From Saccharofermentanales bacterium (GTDB lineage Bacteria; Bacillota; Clostridia; Saccharofermentanales; DTU023), in assembly GCA_050951925.1 (NCBI GenBank), contig JBMNJZ010000001.1:1491015-1555014 (forward strand): a stretch of DNA of 64,000 nt. The letters run 5' to 3'. A program made the position numbers and the translations under genes. Below the pieces are notes generated by a model. That model was given only the letters and a program-made list of their open reading frames with translations. It did no database searches and was not told the DNA's origin. Position 1 is the stretch's first letter, and every line of letters starts with the position of its first letter. This document shows, in pieces, positions 61,147-64,000 of the stretch.

Positions 61147-62528
61147 CTGAAATCAGATCCCTCGGCGGACAGACGTTCTTCCAAACTCAACCTTTCAGCC
61201 TCAAAGCCGGGCTTGCCCAGCAGCGCATACATATTGCGCTTATAACTCTCTACCCCCGGCTGATCAAAGGGATTGACGGCATTGAGATAGCCGCTGACAG
61301 CGCAGGCTTTCTGGAAATAATAGATTAATTCGCCCAGAACAAAGGCTGACAACTCGGACAATCTCAGCAATTGGACAGGCACGCCTCCTGCCACATGAGC
61401 CATCACCGTCCCGTAAAGAGCCATGCGGTTGATCTCACCCATGGTTTTGCCGGCCAGATAATTCAGACCATCCTGATCCTCAGCGCTGCTATGAATGACA
61501 ATATCCTCCTGAGCCGTCTCCACCTGGAGCACCGTTTCTATTAGGATCCGGCGTCCATCCTGAACGTACTGGCCCAAAGAGTGCAGATCCGTAGTAAAAC
61601 TCATGCTGGCGGGAAATAGACCGCGCCCGTCCTTCCCTTCACTCTCGCCGTACAATTGCTTCCACCATTCACTGAAATACTGCAAACCAGGCTCATAGTT
61701 GACCAGAATCTCGGTGGTATAACCTTTTTTTTGCAGAATATTCCTCACTACCGCATAGAGGTCGCAATCATTTTGCCAGAGTTGTTGCCCGGCATACCTG
61801 TCCCGGGCTACAGCAGCCCCGGCCATAAGCTCATCAAGCGAAATACCGGCAACAGCTATCGGCAACAGGCCTACCGCCGTCAGAACGGAATAGCGCCCGC
61901 CGATATCGTCGGGTACCACAAATGTCCGATAGCCACGCTCATCAGCCAGTTGTTTCAGTGCTCCCCTCTTCCTGTCGGTTGTGGCATAGATTCTCTTTCT
62001 GGCTTCCGCAGCTCCGTATCGCTCCCGCAGCCACTGCTCCAGCACTCTGAAGGCTATTGCCGGCTCAGTTGTAGTTCCGGATTTTGAAATCATATTGACA
62101 GAGACCCGCCGGCCCTCTAAGGCAGCCAGCATTCTTTTCAAATATGAACCGCTGAGCTGATGTCCGGCATAAAGCACCAGAGGATGCTGTCGTCTATCAC
62201 TTGAAGTGAGAGCAGAAAAAGGATCTGTCAAAGCCTCAATCACAGCCCGCGCACCGAGATATGAACCGCCGATACCGCAAACAATCAGTACATCGCTTTG
62301 CTCATTAATCACAGCTGCAGCCTCTTTGATAGCAGCAAATTCCGCGCGATCATAATTGACCGGCAAATCCAGCCAGCCCAGATATTCCGCACCGGGCCCC
62401 GTCCTGTTCTCGAGAGTTTGCCGGCTCGACAATAGCAAAGGTTCCATGACCTCAATCTCAGCCATAGACAAAAAGTCTTGCAGATAGTTCAGATCCAACT
62501 TTAACATGGTTATCTCCTTAATGGGCAA
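61143..62528 (-). CDS. pgi: Glucose-6-phosphate isomerase
   Basis: About 450-aa Firmicutes-type PGI. IGIGGSYLGARA-like CGIGGSYLGARAV, DIGGRYSV, the GESEGK motif and the DQPGVE motif. The start may be the internal Met at 62507. Confidence 0.92.
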   Translation of the reverse strand: MPIKEITMLKLDLNYLQDFLSMAEIEVMEPLLLSSRQTLENRTGPGAEYLGWLDLPVNYDRAEFAAIKEAAAVINEQSDVLIVCGIGGSYLGARAVIEALTDPFSALTSSDRRQHPLVLYAGHQLSGSYLKRMLAALEGRRVSVNMISKSGTTTEPAIAFRVLEQWLRERYGAAEARKRIYATTDRKRGALKQLADERGYRTFVVPDDIGGRYSVLTAVGLLPIAVAGISLDELMAGAAVARDRYAGQQLWQNDCDLYAVVRNILQKKGYTTEILVNYEPGLQYFSEWWKQLYGESEGKDGRGLFPASMSFTTDLHSLGQYVQDGRRILIETVLQVETAQEDIVIHSSAEDQDGLNYLAGKTMGEINRMALYGTVMAHVAGGVPVQLLRLSELSAFVLGELIYYFQKACAVSGYLNAVNPFDQPGVESYKRNMYALLGKPGFEAERLSLEERLSAEGSDFR

Positions 62529-62560
62529 AAGCCTTGTTTGTCCGGCATCATGAAGCCGCT

Positions 62561-62956
62561 CTATTTATCTTTTTGGCTCAAATCGCGGTAATCGACATGC
62601 AATGGTCTGATTTTGTAGATGCCGTCGCGATAATTGGTGATACGGGCAGGCATTCCGGGATAGATCCATTCGCTGGCCAGACATTGACCTTCTTCGCCGC
62701 TGTCAGAGCGGAACTCGCCGCTTGTTTCGGGACCGGCTGTCTTGGTAACAATCACCTTTTCCCCCAGCAGCTCGTGGAATGATTCCAGCAGAGAGACTTT
62801 AGACAGACGTTGCAAATAGAAGCTGATCGCCGCCGTTGCGGCAACAGCGAGGAAGAGCACGATCAGAGTATTGACCAGCACCGTCACAATCTGCGACAGA
62901 TCAGAAGTCGAACTTTCCCGTCCGCCTTGAAGTAAAAATATTGCTTCCCATCTCAT
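62561..62956 (-). CDS. NfeD-like membrane protein (C-terminal OB-fold domain)
   Basis: 131 aa. One TM (LVNTLIVLFLAVAATAAISFYL), then LLGEKVIVTKT....G.....GEEGQCLASEW...G.PARITNYRDGIYKIRP, resembling NfeD C-terminal domains. Confidence 0.5.
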   Translation of the reverse strand: MRWEAIFLLQGGRESSTSDLSQIVTVLVNTLIVLFLAVAATAAISFYLQRLSKVSLLESFHELLGEKVIVTKTAGPETSGEFRSDSGEEGQCLASEWIYPGMPARITNYRDGIYKIRPLHVDYRDLSQKDK

Positions 62957-63083
62957 CTCAAGACCTAATCCAATTAATGGCTTAGCCGGAATAGCCAGTC
63001 CCGCTACACTATATTAATGTTGCCAAACCATCCGCACAGCTGCCTCAGCTTAAATGCGCTATGCCATCAAACACCCGTCAATA

Positions 63084-64000
63084 CTAAATCCAGGCAAAAG
63101 TATATTCGCCTTTGCTTCGATCAAAATCGCAGGATACCCCCGCCGCTCCATCCAGTTCTCCGGACAGCATCAGATCAGCCAATCTGTCTTCAATTGTTCT
63201 GGTAATCAAGCGTCGCAGAGGCCTGGCTCCGTATTTCTGATCATATCCGCCTTTGACCAACTCAGCACGGGCTGTGTCCGTCACAATCAGCTTCAGCCCC
63301 TTAAGTTCCAAATCTGCCTCAATTTCAGTCAACATCAGATCTACAATCTGCCTTAAATCATCCTGTGACAATTCATGGAAAACCACAATTTCATCAACCC
63401 TGTTCAAAAATTCCGGCCTGAACATCTCCCGCAGCACGGTATGAACCCGGTTGGTCAGAGCCTCGTGCTCCTGATTACCAAAGCCGATGGCATGGCCTTT
63501 AAATGAAGTTCCGGCATTGCTGGTCATAATAATTAATGTGTTGGAGAAGTTCACCACTCGACCGTGGCTGTCCGTCAGACGTCCTTCGTCCAGTATCTGC
63601 AACAGCATATTAAAAACATCTGCATGCGCTTTTTCTATCTCATCCAGCAGGATAACACTATATGGTTTTCTTCTGATGCGTTCGGTCAGTTGACCGCCGT
63701 CATCATAGCCGACATAGCCAGGCGGCGAACCGATCAATTTGCTGACTGTATGCGGCTCCATATATTCTGACATATCAAGGCGCACAATAGCTTCCCGGGA
63801 ATCAAACATAGCTTCGGCAACGGCTTTTGCCAGCTCAGTTTTTCCGACGCCGGTCGGACCGACGAAGATAAACGAGGCCGGCTTATTTCTGTTGACCAGA
63901 CCTGATCTCTGTCTTCTGATCGCGCGAGCTACCGCCGATACGGCTTCTTGTTGTCCGATCACGGTCTGATGCAGTCTATCTTCCAGACCCAGCAGACGCT
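63084..64000 (-). CDS. clpC: Clp/Hsp100 AAA+ ATPase, C-terminal part (ClpC-like); the 5' end lies beyond the window
   Basis: D2 module: IGQQEAVSAVARAIRRQRSGL, Walker A GPTGVGKTELAKA, Walker B ILLDEIEKAH, the sensor region GARPLRR and a ClpB_D2-small domain. The reading frame stays open to the window edge. Confidence 0.85.
   Translation of the reverse strand, partial: RLLGLEDRLHQTVIGQQEAVSAVARAIRRQRSGLVNRNKPASFIFVGPTGVGKTELAKAVAEAMFDSREAIVRLDMSEYMEPHTVSKLIGSPPGYVGYDDGGQLTERIRRKPYSVILLDEIEKAHADVFNMLLQILDEGRLTDSHGRVVNFSNTLIIMTSNAGTSFKGHAIGFGNQEHEALTNRVHTVLREMFRPEFLNRVDEIVVFHELSQDDLRQIVDLMLTEIEADLELKGLKLIVTDTARAELVKGGYDQKYGARPLRRLITRTIEDRLADLMLSGELDGAAGVSCDFDRSKGEYTFAWI

Overview
This 64-kb window reads like a core chromosomal region of a low-to-moderate GC Firmicutes (Clostridia-type) genome. 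I support 53 protein genes, 49 on the minus strand and many joined by 1-4 nt overlaps, plus two tRNAs and one TPP riboswitch. The content is mostly housekeeping. It includes the conserved block efp / asp23-amaP-DUF2273 / nusB / xseAB / ispA / dxs / nadK / argR / recN. It also includes parE-parC, tgt-queA-trmFO-topA-dprA-comM, polA-coaE, ligA, fba, valS, pgi and a clpC fragment. I found no CRISPR array, no intact mobile element and no recognisable multi-gene defence or secondary-metabolite cluster, so I do not claim a clear novel system. The stretches most worth a second look are listed here. (1) A decayed accessory islet at 24.0-26.5 kb abuts tRNA-Arg(UCU). It carries an ECF sigma/anti-sigma pair, an excisionase-like HTH gene, a transposase remnant and an unexplained GC-rich leader. 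(2) An envelope operon encodes an FHA domain fused to a SEDS (RodA/FtsW) polymerase with a class B PBP and a second ECF sigma module, running straight into polA. (3) A protein with a Spo0A C-terminal DNA-binding domain has only a vestigial receiver, in a locus that lacks spoIVB-spo0A after recN. (4) A 622-aa membrane protein is translationally coupled to parC. (5) A fused TIGR03960/TIGR03936-type radical SAM gene sits inside a marked GC-rich block at about 58.5-62.9 kb. (6) A perfect 12-nt inverted repeat brackets tRNA-Gly. Product calls rest on motifs I could read in the translations. No database search or computation was run.
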